DNA of 62,969 bases, filler included. It is 8 parts of 8 records of this genome, joined end to end, with 100 filler letters (N's around TTAATTAATTAA, not from the genome) between each part and the next. Parts side by side here need not be neighbours in the genome. Positions count along the whole stretch, not along the records: positions 1 to 14,509 come from SRR31156797_8016; 7 more parts are not named here. One strand, given 5' to 3'. Below the pieces are notes generated by a model. That model was given only the letters and a program-made list of their open reading frames with translations, ran no database searches and was not told where the DNA came from. Positions 1 through 9,242 of the stretch are shown one piece after another (the first letter of the stretch is position 1; every line of letters starts with the position of its first letter). Both the position numbers and the translations under genes were made by a program.

Positions 1-19
1 AATCCTCTCATCCCGACCA
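1..19 (+). tRNA. 3' end of tRNA-Pro (partial); probable att core
   Basis: AAT-CCTCT-CATCCCG-A-CCA parses exactly as T-loop end, 5-nt T-stem strand, 7-nt acceptor strand (pairs with 5' CGGGATG), discriminator A and CCA. C1:G72 with A73 is the tRNA-Pro signature. The rest of the tRNA lies outside the window. Confidence 0.8.
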
Positions 20-27
20 GATAATTC

Positions 28-67
28 AAGGGTTTATGAAGGCAGCTTCGTAAACCCTTTTATTTTT
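28..67 (+). terminator. Hairpin plus T-tract downstream of the tRNA end
   Basis: AAGGGTTTATGAAG-GCAG-CTTCGTAAACCCTT (14-bp stem, one G-U pair) followed by TTATTTTT. Confidence 0.7.
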
Positions 68-84
68 GCTAACCTATTGCTAAC
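66..84. repeat. Direct repeat TTGCTAAC x2; candidate tyrosine-integrase arm-binding sites
   Basis: TTGCTAAC at 66-73 and 77-84 (11-bp spacing), just inside the tRNA-derived core. Confidence 0.5.
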
Positions 85-117
85 AGAAATCCTCACTACT
101 CCAAATATATTGAACAT

Positions 118-808
118 GTTTCAATCCACGCCCCCGTGCGGGGGGCGACATGTTGTTTAGCAAGGGCAACAATGTAATCGCGGTTTCAATCCACGCTCCC
201 ACAAGGGGAGCGACATCCACGGATAAAGTGAGCTGCAACGTTTTCGAAGTTTCAATCCACGCCCCTCTGTTAAGGACTACGTAAGTTCATTTGCTTTATT
301 TTCAACGCAAATATTTCAACCCACGCCCCGGTGCGGGAGGCGCCGTCAGAAATATTTACAGGCTGCAGAATATCCCCTGTTTCAATCCACGCCCCGCACA
401 AGGGGCAACTCGAACTGATACACATCTTTCAGTCTGTAGCTCGTGTATCAATCCACGCCCCCGTGCGGGAGAGGCGACTCGAACAATTTAAATCCGCGTA
501 AGCGGCGGGAGGGTTTCAATCCACGATCCATACTAGGAGCGACTTCCAGATTACTTTTTTACCCTGTTTGTAATACGGGTTTCAATCCATGCCCCCGCGC
601 GGAAAGCCACTTCTGGATGGTGCGCTTGCTAACGTTATCTATCATATTTCAGTCACGCTCCCGTATGAGGAGCGACGCGCCGAAATACGAGGTGAACGCA
701 TTTATCATCCAGTTTCAATCCGCGCCCCCGAGCGAAAGGCGACGAGCGAGTCCGCCACGGGCATGTCCAACGCCCTGTTTCAATCCACGCTCCCGCATGG
801 GGAGCGAC
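118..808 (-). CRISPR. Type I-C CRISPR array, 11 highly heterogeneous repeats and 10 spacers
   Basis: Repeats (31-34 bp, + strand consensus GTTTCAATCCACGCYCCCNNNNGGGGRGCGAC) start at 118, 183, 249, 313, 379, 445, 513, 579, 646, 712 and 777. Spacers are 32-35 bp. The array is adjacent to cas2. Confidence 0.97.
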
Positions 809-986
809 GGTTGCTTTTTCAAGCCTTTATTTTAAAGGGCTCACGAAATTGATTTCGCGAACCCTTTAAAATTTGTTTTTCTCAATCACATCCAAAAAAC
901 CACCAAGCTATAACAAACTAAAAACAACTCACTTTTTCGGCAAATGCGAACCTCCCGGGATTTTCTGTTCTGCTTGGGGTTCGCAC
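809..986 (-). promoter_or_regulatory. CRISPR leader
   Basis: AT-rich stretch between the cas2 stop and the first repeat. It has GCGAACC at 857-863 and 946-952 and the inverted copy GGTTCGC at 978-984, motifs typical of I-C leaders. Confidence 0.8.
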
Positions 987-1280
987 TTACAGGATCAACA
1001 CATCATTTTCGGGGTCATATCCTTGCCCTACTCCATGATGCTCCACTCTACGCTGCCAATTTTTGCCTAAAAAATAAAAACGCAAGCTATCGCTTTCCTC
1101 TTCATACTCATCTAGCAATTTTTGACGCAAATTTGCCCATTGTCCGGGGTCAACAACACACTCGAAAACCGAATACTGAACCCGTTGTCCATAGTTCTCA
1201 CAGACCTTGGCAATACGACGCAACCGTCTTTTGCCCCCATCATCTTCAAAACTCACATCATAACTGACAAGTACAAGCAT
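987..1280 (-). CDS. cas2: CRISPR-associated endoribonuclease Cas2
   Basis: MLVLVSYDV, GQRVQYSVFEC and DSLRFY motifs. Confidence 0.97.
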   Translation of the reverse strand: MLVLVSYDVSFEDDGGKRRLRRIAKVCENYGQRVQYSVFECVVDPGQWANLRQKLLDEYEEESDSLRFYFLGKNWQRRVEHHGVGQGYDPENDVLIL

Positions 1281-1283
1281 GGA

Positions 1284-2315
1284 TCACTTCCAGAAAAATG
1301 GCGGATACCCGTCAAGATCGTTTCGCAGACAACGAACGAGTAGCTTTGCCTGCACATGAAAAGCAATCCCTAATGGAATCTTCTCTTTGATATAAGGATG
1401 CAGGACAATATCGCTTTTACGTTTCTGCCAAGCCTGCAACACAGTTTTACGCGTATCATCATTCATAAGCACGGCACCACTTTCCTTTACAGAAAACCCC
1501 TTGCTGCTGACTTCACCACGATTAATAAGCGTCAAGACGATTCTGTCAGCCATAAATGAACGAAACTCCTCCATCATATCCAGTGCCAACCCCGGCCTGC
1601 CCGGACGGTCGCGATGCAAAAATCCAACTTGTGGATCAAGCCCGACTGCCTCAAGAGCAGACCGCACATCATGAGCCAAAAGAGTATAAACAAAGGACAG
1701 CAGACAATTCACCTTATCAAGCGGTGGACGACGATTGCGTCCTGTAAATGAAAATTCTCCGTCATTTTTCAGAATAAGCTCATCAAATACATTAAAGTAG
1801 ACATTAGCAGCTCTACCCTCCAGCCCACGAGCCTCTTCAAGCTCCAAAGGACTGCTCAATCTTCGTGCATAGGAATCCAGTTCAAGGGCCGCATTCTCAA
1901 GACGCCTTGAATCTATACGCTCCCCGTGGTCACGCAACCCTCTGCGCAATACGGCCCTTGAGTTAACCGTCTTGCCAATCAAAAAACTACGCGCCAGCGC
2001 AGAGGTCTGCATAGGCTCATCAGCCCGACGATACTGCTCACGACGCAACAAGACATTCCCGCTTTGCGGACCTTTTACACCTGCCAGAAAACGTCCGTTC
2101 TCTGTCAGAAAAGACACGGAAAGTCCGTTCTCTGCGCAATGACCAAGCAAGAAAGGACTGCACAGGACATTACCAAAACAGACTACGCCATCCAAAACAT
2201 GAACAGGAAATTTCCTTTTACTCCCGTCTTCCGAACGGACAACAATACATTCGCCATCCTTGGACAAATAACTGCCCTGAGTGGTCACATAAAGAGTGTT
2301 GAGCAATTTTTTCAA
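1284..2315 (-). CDS. cas1: Cas1, subtype I-C
   Basis: MKKLLNTLYVTTQG, RGLEG, RNRRPPLD, GFLH, LALDMMEEFR and C-terminal YPPFFWK. Confidence 0.98.
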   Translation of the reverse strand: MKKLLNTLYVTTQGSYLSKDGECIVVRSEDGSKRKFPVHVLDGVVCFGNVLCSPFLLGHCAENGLSVSFLTENGRFLAGVKGPQSGNVLLRREQYRRADEPMQTSALARSFLIGKTVNSRAVLRRGLRDHGERIDSRRLENAALELDSYARRLSSPLELEEARGLEGRAANVYFNVFDELILKNDGEFSFTGRNRRPPLDKVNCLLSFVYTLLAHDVRSALEAVGLDPQVGFLHRDRPGRPGLALDMMEEFRSFMADRIVLTLINRGEVSSKGFSVKESGAVLMNDDTRKTVLQAWQKRKSDIVLHPYIKEKIPLGIAFHVQAKLLVRCLRNDLDGYPPFFWK

Positions 2316-2324
2316 AATTCATTC

Positions 2325-2939
2325 CTATTCTTTAAGAGCACTCAGCAGATATGACTCCACCTTTGTGCTTCCAACTCCGGGCATGCATTCTCCGGCCAAC
2401 GAGCATGAACGGCATTTCTTATCTTTGACAGCTGCCGGAGTACGGGCTTCGGCTATCATTTTATGGAGCTTTATAGCCGTTTCTTTTACCAGCACCTTAA
2501 GCTTATCGTCGAAAACAACAACTTCCCTGCGGCGAGGCTTACCGTAAAAGATAGCTCCTTCCGGGACTGAGCCCCCCAACATTTCTTCAAGACAAAGAGC
2601 CTGTGCGCAAAGCTGGACGCGATCCCAATCCAAAACCTTGGGGCTGCCCCTTTTGTATTCCACCGGATACGGGACTTCTCTTCCATCCGGTCCGGGAACC
2701 ATTTCTACAACATCGGCAATGCCGTATAATCCCAACCGCTCACTTTTAAGCGGTACGGATAAATCCTGATCAGCCCCGGCGCGCCTTCCCCGCTGTTCGG
2801 AATCGACGCGCCGGTGCATGATTCTGCCTTCCACAGTAAACCTGTTCTCAACCCAGACCTTTTCAACATGGATGAGGGCGCACTGGCGCGGGCAGAACAG
2901 ATAATGCTGTAATGCAGAAATAGAAAGTAATTCGGACAT
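2325..2939 (-). CDS. cas4: Cas4 exonuclease
   Basis: ISALQHYLFCPRQCAL, GIADVVE, PVEYKRG, QLCAQALCLEE and the C-terminal Fe-S cysteines CRSCSLAGEC. Confidence 0.97.
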   Translation of the reverse strand: MSELLSISALQHYLFCPRQCALIHVEKVWVENRFTVEGRIMHRRVDSEQRGRRAGADQDLSVPLKSERLGLYGIADVVEMVPGPDGREVPYPVEYKRGSPKVLDWDRVQLCAQALCLEEMLGGSVPEGAIFYGKPRRREVVVFDDKLKVLVKETAIKLHKMIAEARTPAAVKDKKCRSCSLAGECMPGVGSTKVESYLLSALKE

Positions 2940-2941
2940 GT

Positions 2942-3817
2942 TTAGAACTTAATATCCAGCTCAACACCTTCAGGAACTGCCGATTCATCAACTTTTACGG
3001 TATAATCGGAAAAGGCCCTTGCCGGTCCATCTGTGCTATTGCTGGGTTCAACAGAGACAGCATCAAAAAGCGTGTGCGCAGGCGAATTACCCAGCTTGCT
3101 TTCATGTTTAAAGACAACCAATCCACGGGCATTCATTTTACCCCTTGCTGCGGAATGATCATGGTCGAACATATTGGCAAGGGACTGCCAAAGCAGTTCA
3201 AGATCGCTTTCGGAAAAGCCGGTTCCCTTGTCGCCGTCGGCGAAATGAGCGGAAATGTATCCCTCAGCGCGGTATAAGGCATAGGGAACTATAAATTTAC
3301 GTCCTATGGTGCGTTCTTTTTCAACATCCTTTTCATTGGTGACTGCCATACGGGTAATGCTGATTTCTGAAGGCATAATCGGCTCTACGCTTTTGGCAAA
3401 AGTAAGTTGCACAGGGCCTCGCACCTGCCCGCAGTTTACCTCGGTAGTCATTACCGCCCCGAATGTTCTTACATCAAAGAAATTATCACACATCCAGCGG
3501 GTCAACTCGCGGGCCTTGACCTGATCTTTGGGAAGCTTTTTCTTGTCAGGTTTGATCTCAAGAGCCTTATAAGCCTGTTCATTGTTCCGGTTCAAAACGG
3601 CTTTTTCTGCAACGTAGATATTAAAACCCTTTTCTTCACCTTTAGCGATTTCAACAAAATTCCTGATTTTACGTTTCAGGCAGACATCGGTAACAAGACC
3701 ATGCCCTGTTTCAGGATCAACCCTAGGCAGATTTCCAGCATCCGGGTCGCCGTTGGGGTTTCCGTTTTCAACATCAAAAAGATATACGAATTCGTAACGA
3801 TTGCTGATTGCGCTCAT
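2942..3817 (-). CDS. cas7: Cas7/Csd2, type I-C
   Basis: NGNPNGDPDAGNLPR, TDVCLKRKIRN and DHDHSAARG. Confidence 0.97.
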   Translation of the reverse strand: MSAISNRYEFVYLFDVENGNPNGDPDAGNLPRVDPETGHGLVTDVCLKRKIRNFVEIAKGEEKGFNIYVAEKAVLNRNNEQAYKALEIKPDKKKLPKDQVKARELTRWMCDNFFDVRTFGAVMTTEVNCGQVRGPVQLTFAKSVEPIMPSEISITRMAVTNEKDVEKERTIGRKFIVPYALYRAEGYISAHFADGDKGTGFSESDLELLWQSLANMFDHDHSAARGKMNARGLVVFKHESKLGNSPAHTLFDAVSVEPSNSTDGPARAFSDYTVKVDESAVPEGVELDIKF

Positions 3818-3820
3818 GAT

Positions 3821-5539
3821 TTATGCCTCCGCAGTAGTCTGTTTGGGTGAGAAAAAATCCTGCCTTTGCTGATAATAACCGATGATAAACATGCCCTGCT
3901 TTTCCAGATTCAATGCCGCAGGAAAACCATCCTGCGAATCTACTTCGCCAAGTATTTCCTGAATTGATCTATCAAGATTCACCGCGTATCCGGGCTTATC
4001 CTTGCGAATTTTGGCAAGACCGTTCTGGGCATTGCGTAAAATAACAGGAAATGTCCTTGCCGGAGTAGCAGACGCGGAACTGAAAAAACGATCCCTGACT
4101 GTTGCGTTGCTGCCGGGAACAGCTTCTTCCTGGATCCGCTCCACAATGGCGAAAAGACGCCCCAGCCTGTACCCAATCTCACCATTTTCCTTATCAAGAG
4201 CCATATTGATCTCCTGTTGATAGTTACGAACCAGAACAGCCTTGATTATCCCGGCCCGGATATATCCGATATTTTTGTCAGCCCTGATCCTTCCTATAGC
4301 TGCGTTCAGCAGGGTCATGGGATAAGGGCTGTTTCTGATGATAGCTTTAAGCAACTGCCCGCTCAAAAGCGGTGATATATTCCGAGAATCCTGCTGGGCA
4401 GCAAGTTCTTTCAAAATCCACCACGGACTTGGATTTTCCGGGGTTTTCGGAGGTTTCCCAGCCAATGACATCTGTTCAAAATGTCTGCCGATATTGGAAA
4501 ACATTTCCCCGACCGTTCCCACATGCCAGAAGCGCACAGAGATACGCGCAGCATTAGGCGATAACCCCAACACGTAGAATGGAGTTTCAGGCTTACCGAG
4601 TTCACGGGGAAGCTTGCCTGAGGCCAGAGTGGACAACAGCCCACCTAGTCTTTTGGCAAGGTCCTTGTCTTCTGATTCCCTTGCCCCCATAACCAAACCG
4701 AATAATCCTTCTACTTCCTTTGGAGCTTCGGTCCAGAACAGCACGGTTGTATCCCCCACCTGAACCTTGCGCGAACTTCCCGGTGCCAGAAGATGGTTCA
4801 AAGCCGTGGTGTAGGCAAAGGCTGCTTTTTCGGAAATAGGCGAAAGCTGATTCTGTTTTTTCCCAAGCGATTCTGCGGAATCGATATTAAAGGACACAAG
4901 TGCGGCCCCTGCAGTCTGAGCACCGGGAACGCCTTTAATTTTGGCATGGGTATTTGGTATGGAGACATCGTCCTCACCAGTGACCAGACATTTCCCCTTT
5001 TTGCTCCCCGCCTTGCTGTCCAAAGACTTTGACCAAGCCTCGCGTATGGCCTCTCGTTCATGAAGAAAGCCCCGCTCTCCGTCGAGCCTGAAAACAAGAA
5101 AACTGTCCAGCACCTCATCCCAGCCCTTCAAGCTCTCGGCTTTCTCCGGCTCCCATTTCTCTAAAAAAGAAAGCAGAGCATCTCCGCCGTCATCATCAAC
5201 ACCTTTCAGAATGGTGCAGACTAAATCTTTAAAGCCCCCATGCGTCTTTGCCGTTCGCTCCGGTTTGCCTTTGCCGTCAACTCCCAAAACGTACCCGGTA
5301 TTATCCCATACAAAATTAGGAAGAACCGTGTTGCCACTTCTCCCGACAGGCCCCGGCACTTCAATCCGAACCGGTTTGCCGTTCTCACGCAAATCAAGAG
5401 GGTCGCCAACAAGATTGCCTTCACTATCAATGGTTAAACAAAAATGAACTCCCTGCTTTCCGAACCCGAATGGAGGGACATCCACATCAGGATCATCGGC
5501 CATACGAATGTAATAGTCATTGAGAGCCTGCAAAATCAT
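3821..5539 (-). CDS. cas8c: Cas8c/Csd1 large subunit
   Basis: MILQAL start overlapping the cas5 stop (ATGA), DNTGYVLG, CLVTG, LSPNAARISVRFW and GYYQQ. Confidence 0.96.
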   Translation of the reverse strand: MILQALNDYYIRMADDPDVDVPPFGFGKQGVHFCLTIDSEGNLVGDPLDLRENGKPVRIEVPGPVGRSGNTVLPNFVWDNTGYVLGVDGKGKPERTAKTHGGFKDLVCTILKGVDDDGGDALLSFLEKWEPEKAESLKGWDEVLDSFLVFRLDGERGFLHEREAIREAWSKSLDSKAGSKKGKCLVTGEDDVSIPNTHAKIKGVPGAQTAGAALVSFNIDSAESLGKKQNQLSPISEKAAFAYTTALNHLLAPGSSRKVQVGDTTVLFWTEAPKEVEGLFGLVMGARESEDKDLAKRLGGLLSTLASGKLPRELGKPETPFYVLGLSPNAARISVRFWHVGTVGEMFSNIGRHFEQMSLAGKPPKTPENPSPWWILKELAAQQDSRNISPLLSGQLLKAIIRNSPYPMTLLNAAIGRIRADKNIGYIRAGIIKAVLVRNYQQEINMALDKENGEIGYRLGRLFAIVERIQEEAVPGSNATVRDRFFSSASATPARTFPVILRNAQNGLAKIRKDKPGYAVNLDRSIQEILGEVDSQDGFPAALNLEKQGMFIIGYYQQRQDFFSPKQTTAEA

Positions 5540-6201
5540 GCGCACTGCCCTCCGTTACGGCATTCAATAATCCCGTTTTGCATAACCGGACGGAAAAACT
5601 CGGGGGTCATGCCAGCTTTGTAATCAATGTCGTGGAGCATCCATCCGAGATCGGTTTCACCTTCAATTTCAGAAACAGGAATATCTCCCTCAACCGGACT
5701 GAATGCAGCAGCAAATTCCCGGCAGCCCAGATAAGGACGATGAAAGCACTGCCCCTTTGCTGCACGACGATTGAAGATATCCAGATGCTTGCCGTCGTTA
5801 CGGTCTTCATTAGAGGTATATTCAAAACGGGCTTCAATGATGTAATCCACATCACGCAGAACCATAGCCGCACGCTGCTGTCGGACTTCTTCCACATAAA
5901 TCCGCAGATTACCTTTTCCGCTTTTCATGGCGGAACCGACCCCGGTCTTTCCTTTTACCGGAACTTTTGCCGAGACCTCGTTTCGCCGAATATTGTCGAA
6001 ACGAACAGATTTGAGCACATGGATTCTGTCCACCACCCACTTTATGCTCGGCTTCCAATAAATGGCTTCCAGAATCCCACGGGCAGCAGAGGGAGTCATG
6101 ACATCATAACTCACCCGTTCCACCTTCATTTCCGGGCGGGTGAAGCAAGCATAATCTCCCCAAACCCTCAATTTAACTCCTGTGGCCACATACACCTCCA
6201 T
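5536..6201 (-). CDS. cas5: Cas5c/Cas5d (crRNA-processing)
   Basis: ACFTRPEMKVERVSYDVMTPSAARGILEAIYWKP and PYLGCREF. Confidence 0.97.
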   Translation of the reverse strand: MEVYVATGVKLRVWGDYACFTRPEMKVERVSYDVMTPSAARGILEAIYWKPSIKWVVDRIHVLKSVRFDNIRRNEVSAKVPVKGKTGVGSAMKSGKGNLRIYVEEVRQQRAAMVLRDVDYIIEARFEYTSNEDRNDGKHLDIFNRRAAKGQCFHRPYLGCREFAAAFSPVEGDIPVSEIEGETDLGWMLHDIDYKAGMTPEFFRPVMQNGIIECRNGGQCA

Positions 6202-6205
6202 TTAT

Positions 6206-8359
6206 TTAAACTATGAAGTTGTCATTCGAAATATTTTCAGGAACCAACAATCCAGCTTCAAAATCATACAGACTCTCATCTACCAACACGGCATAACTTT
6301 CATCCACAATCTCAATTGCACCCATATCATTAAGTGCTGCAAATTGTTGCGTATAAACCTGTACTGTAAACTGTTGTAGCTTACGCAGAATGGATGCCGG
6401 AAAATCTGCAAAAACCAAATCACGCAGCAGTTTTTCGGCTTTATCATTGTATTTAACAATGATCGGGACCATTTCATTTTCAATAAGCCGAAATTTTTTG
6501 GCTGCCGTGCGAAAATCCCATTGGCCGTGGGGACTGTTCAAATCTTCAAGCACTTTCTTTTTGTCTAACTGATCACTTTTAAGCCAATAGGTATCCGCAA
6601 AAAAATGATGCATTGCTTGCGGGGAAAATGAATCCTCAGGATGCAGGCGCAATGTATTTTGAGCATTACCCGCCGCCTGCCGGAAGTGCCCGGCCAATCC
6701 TTCAGCAGGTTCAAAAACCGAGACCCGCCCCATCTCCGCCAGTTCGCCTTCGCGGTTACATCTTCCCGCAGCCTGAGCAATTGAATCAAGCCCGGCCAGT
6801 TCGCGGATGACAACGGGAAAACTTACATCAACACCGGCCTCAATAAGCTGGGTGCTGACGATACGGCACGGCTTTCCTGCAACGAGTCTGGTTCGAATAT
6901 CTGTCAGGACTTCCGAGCGGTGCGCAGGACACATCAATGCACTCAAATGGGCCGCTCCCGGTTCGTCTTTAATTTTGGAAAACAATTCCGCTGCACGAGT
7001 TCTGGTATTAACGATACATAAACCCTGCTCTGTCTCACAAATTTCCTGTGCAACTTCATCGAGGGACAAGACTCCTTTGTCATGCAGCTCTGTGCGTTTG
7101 AACTCTCTATGCATACGCTCCGGGTCCGGCGCCAGTTCTTCCGCTATTTCCAGACCATCAGTAAAGCTTTCAGATTTCTGTAATGCAGGCTGGGTGGCGG
7201 TACACAGCACAACACTGGAATTATAATTCTCGGTAAGCTCCTCTAGAGCACGCATGCACGGTTTGAGATATTCAACAGGCAGCATCTGGGCTTCGTCCAG
7301 AATCACAACCGATCCGGCAAGATTATGCAGTTTGCGGCAGCGGGAAGGCTTTGCAGCGAAAAGAGATTCGAAAAACTGAACATTGGTTGTCACCACGATT
7401 GGTGCATCCCAGTTCTCACAGGCAAGACGGTGCTTAAGACCCGCAAAAGGAATTTCTTCCTCATCTTTCAGCCTGCTGTCATCAAAATTGCTATGGTGCT
7501 CAATTACAGAACCGGGAGGGAAAATATCTTTAAAAACACGGGCGTTCTGCTCAATAATCGACGTGTAGGGAATGACGTAAATAATCCTGCGCATACCGTG
7601 TTTCAAGGCATGCTTAAAAGCGAAGGCCATGGAAGTAAGAGTTTTTCCGCCTCCGGTAGGCACTGTGAGTGTGAAAAGGCCGGGATTCAGGTCTGCACTT
7701 TCAAGGCAATGGTTCAAGATCTCGCAGCGAAGCTTATTAATGTGGGTGTCCGGCTTGAATTTGCTGATCCGTTCGTTAAGCCTCTCATTTAGAACTTCCA
7801 AGCTGGGCCCTGCTTCACGCATGGAAAACTTTTTTGCATCCATGAACCGCTCGGTATCCAAAAAATCTGCGTCCACCAATGCCGAAAAAAGCATGCGGGT
7901 AAAAAATGATAATTGAAAAGCGGAGGTAGGACGAAAAGGAAGCTCTGCAGAAACAAGCTTAAAGGATATTTCTGGTACGGACTCTATATAAGGTTCAGCT
8001 TTCTCCAAAATATCATCTAAAGATTCGCCCAAATCCGCATGTGATGAGTCCGGCAAACCTCCATGGTGTCCGGCTATGCAGAAAGACAATAATTTGCCAG
8101 CATGGCCTAGCTTATCAGACAACAACCTAGCGCCGATACTTTTATGGTCAACTATCGCATTTGAATTTGAATGAAGTTTTCTCTGAAAATCCGGCTTGAA
8201 CTTACCGTAGTCATGGAATTTACCGGCCAATTTACCCCAATCAGAACCAGCGAAAACAGCCGAAAATTTCGAAGCCAAAGCCGCGACTTCATCCAGATGA
8301 TCATCAAGAAGCTGCCACGCATCCTCATCAACCCCCTCTTTCGTATGTGCGTAATACAC
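6206..8359 (-). CDS. cas3: Cas3 HD-nuclease/helicase
   Basis: YAHT...HL, HDYGK, GHHGGL, LVDADFLD, Walker A PTGGGKT, DEAQ and QAAGRCNR. Confidence 0.98.
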   Translation of the reverse strand: MYYAHTKEGVDEDAWQLLDDHLDEVAALASKFSAVFAGSDWGKLAGKFHDYGKFKPDFQRKLHSNSNAIVDHKSIGARLLSDKLGHAGKLLSFCIAGHHGGLPDSSHADLGESLDDILEKAEPYIESVPEISFKLVSAELPFRPTSAFQLSFFTRMLFSALVDADFLDTERFMDAKKFSMREAGPSLEVLNERLNERISKFKPDTHINKLRCEILNHCLESADLNPGLFTLTVPTGGGKTLTSMAFAFKHALKHGMRRIIYVIPYTSIIEQNARVFKDIFPPGSVIEHHSNFDDSRLKDEEEIPFAGLKHRLACENWDAPIVVTTNVQFFESLFAAKPSRCRKLHNLAGSVVILDEAQMLPVEYLKPCMRALEELTENYNSSVVLCTATQPALQKSESFTDGLEIAEELAPDPERMHREFKRTELHDKGVLSLDEVAQEICETEQGLCIVNTRTRAAELFSKIKDEPGAAHLSALMCPAHRSEVLTDIRTRLVAGKPCRIVSTQLIEAGVDVSFPVVIRELAGLDSIAQAAGRCNREGELAEMGRVSVFEPAEGLAGHFRQAAGNAQNTLRLHPEDSFSPQAMHHFFADTYWLKSDQLDKKKVLEDLNSPHGQWDFRTAAKKFRLIENEMVPIIVKYNDKAEKLLRDLVFADFPASILRKLQQFTVQVYTQQFAALNDMGAIEIVDESYAVLVDESLYDFEAGLLVPENISNDNFIV

Positions 8360-8547
8360 ATGCCCCCCCTCATCTGACTGTCGCAGTGATCCACAATTAG
8401 AACATTATTATGACCACACTCATCACATACGCCTCTTATTTATAAAAATCAACGCAACTATACGCATAAACACTTACACATTTATATCGGCAGTATTCAT
8501 GCACCGAAAGCAGCTTTTGTTTCACGCACAGACACATCAGATCACCC

Positions 8548-8581
8548 AAAAAAAGGGCGACCCCAAATGGGACCGCCCTTT
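8548..8581 (-). terminator. Rho-independent terminator of the XRE gene
   Basis: Minus strand GGGCGGTCCC-ATTT-GGGGTCGCCC followed by T7. Confidence 0.8.
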
Positions 8582-8627
8582 GTCATATAATCAATCTTGC
8601 TACGAAACGTATTTCAGCTACGCGCAC

Positions 8628-8891
8628 CTATCCATTTCGGCACTCTTCTTCAACCATCTTAATTAGCTCTGAAGGAGCAACCTCCAACGCTTCGGAAAGA
8701 ATGAAAATTGTCTTCAAAGAAGGCTGACGCTTACCTCGTTCCAGCAAGGAAATAAACGTCCTATCCAAATCGCAAACATTAGCTAACCCCTCTTGGGAAA
8801 AAGACTTTTCTTTGCGCAGCGTGTGCAAAACTAAGCCAAAAGCAATTTCAAGAGTTGGTTGACAATTCATGCTTTGAAAAATAATGAGCAT
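8628..8891 (-). CDS. XRE-family HTH regulator, similar to R-M controller (C) proteins
   Basis: FGLVLHTLRKEKSFSQEGLA...DRTFISLLERGKRQPSLKTI. The true start may be the ATG at 8870. Confidence 0.88.
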   Translation of the reverse strand: MLIIFQSMNCQPTLEIAFGLVLHTLRKEKSFSQEGLANVCDLDRTFISLLERGKRQPSLKTIFILSEALEVAPSELIKMVEEECRNG

Positions 8892-8904
8892 GTGACTGCC
8901 GGTC

Positions 8905-8921
8905 GACGGACTATAGTCGTC
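8905..8921. promoter_or_regulatory. C-box-like palindrome GACTATAGTC
   Basis: Perfect 10-bp palindrome at 8909-8918 with GAC/GTC flanks, in the divergent intergenic region upstream of the XRE gene. Confidence 0.55.
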
Positions 8922-8964
8922 AATTTACATATATCTTAAAAAATCACTCAAAAGGAAACTTTAC

Positions 8965-9216
8965 ATGAAAAATAAATCTGAAACCAAAACAGGCTCTATC
9001 TTCCCAATAATAATGATTCTGCTGGGGCTTTGTCTTATCGTGGTTTGTATCTTTCCTGTTTTCCTTACAACAGTAGACGGCTTATATAGCTTTATTTTTA
9101 TGGGCCTTATCTCGATCATGACTGGCTACCAACTAAGATCCAACCAAAAAGAAATTACAGACCTCAAAAAGCATTTGGAAGAACTTCGGCCCCACAATCA
9201 GACAGACAACGACTAA
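8965..9216 (+). CDS. Small two-TM membrane protein
   Basis: RBS AAGGA, two hydrophobic segments and a coiled C-terminus. Confidence 0.65.
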   Translation: MKNKSETKTGSIFPIIMILLGLCLIVVCIFPVFLTTVDGLYSFIFMGLISIMTGYQLRSNQKEITDLKKHLEELRPHNQTDND

Positions 9217-9242
9217 TATTCAATACCAATTGAGAGAAAAAA

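Noticed and set aside
410-484. Spacers 5 and 6 both begin TCGAAC on the + strand
   Set aside because: Only 6 nt are shared and the rest is unrelated; cannot be separated from chance.
611-645. Spacer 8 contains TTGCTAAC, the same 8-mer as the att-proximal repeats (possible self-targeting)
   Set aside because: Flanks do not match and 8 nt is too short. I saw no full spacer match by eye, but no exhaustive search was possible.
291-852. ORFs of 66-130 aa overlapping the CRISPR array
   Set aside because: Artefacts of translating repeats (recurrent FNPR/FQS).
987-8359. CRISPR-associated transposon interpretation
   Set aside because: No tnsABC or tniQ; Cas3 and the adaptation module are intact.
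8611-8628. ATTTCAGCTACGCGCACC resembles a degenerate CRISPR repeat upstream of cas3 (creA-like mini-array?)
   Set aside because: No second stem arm and no partner repeat at spacer distance.
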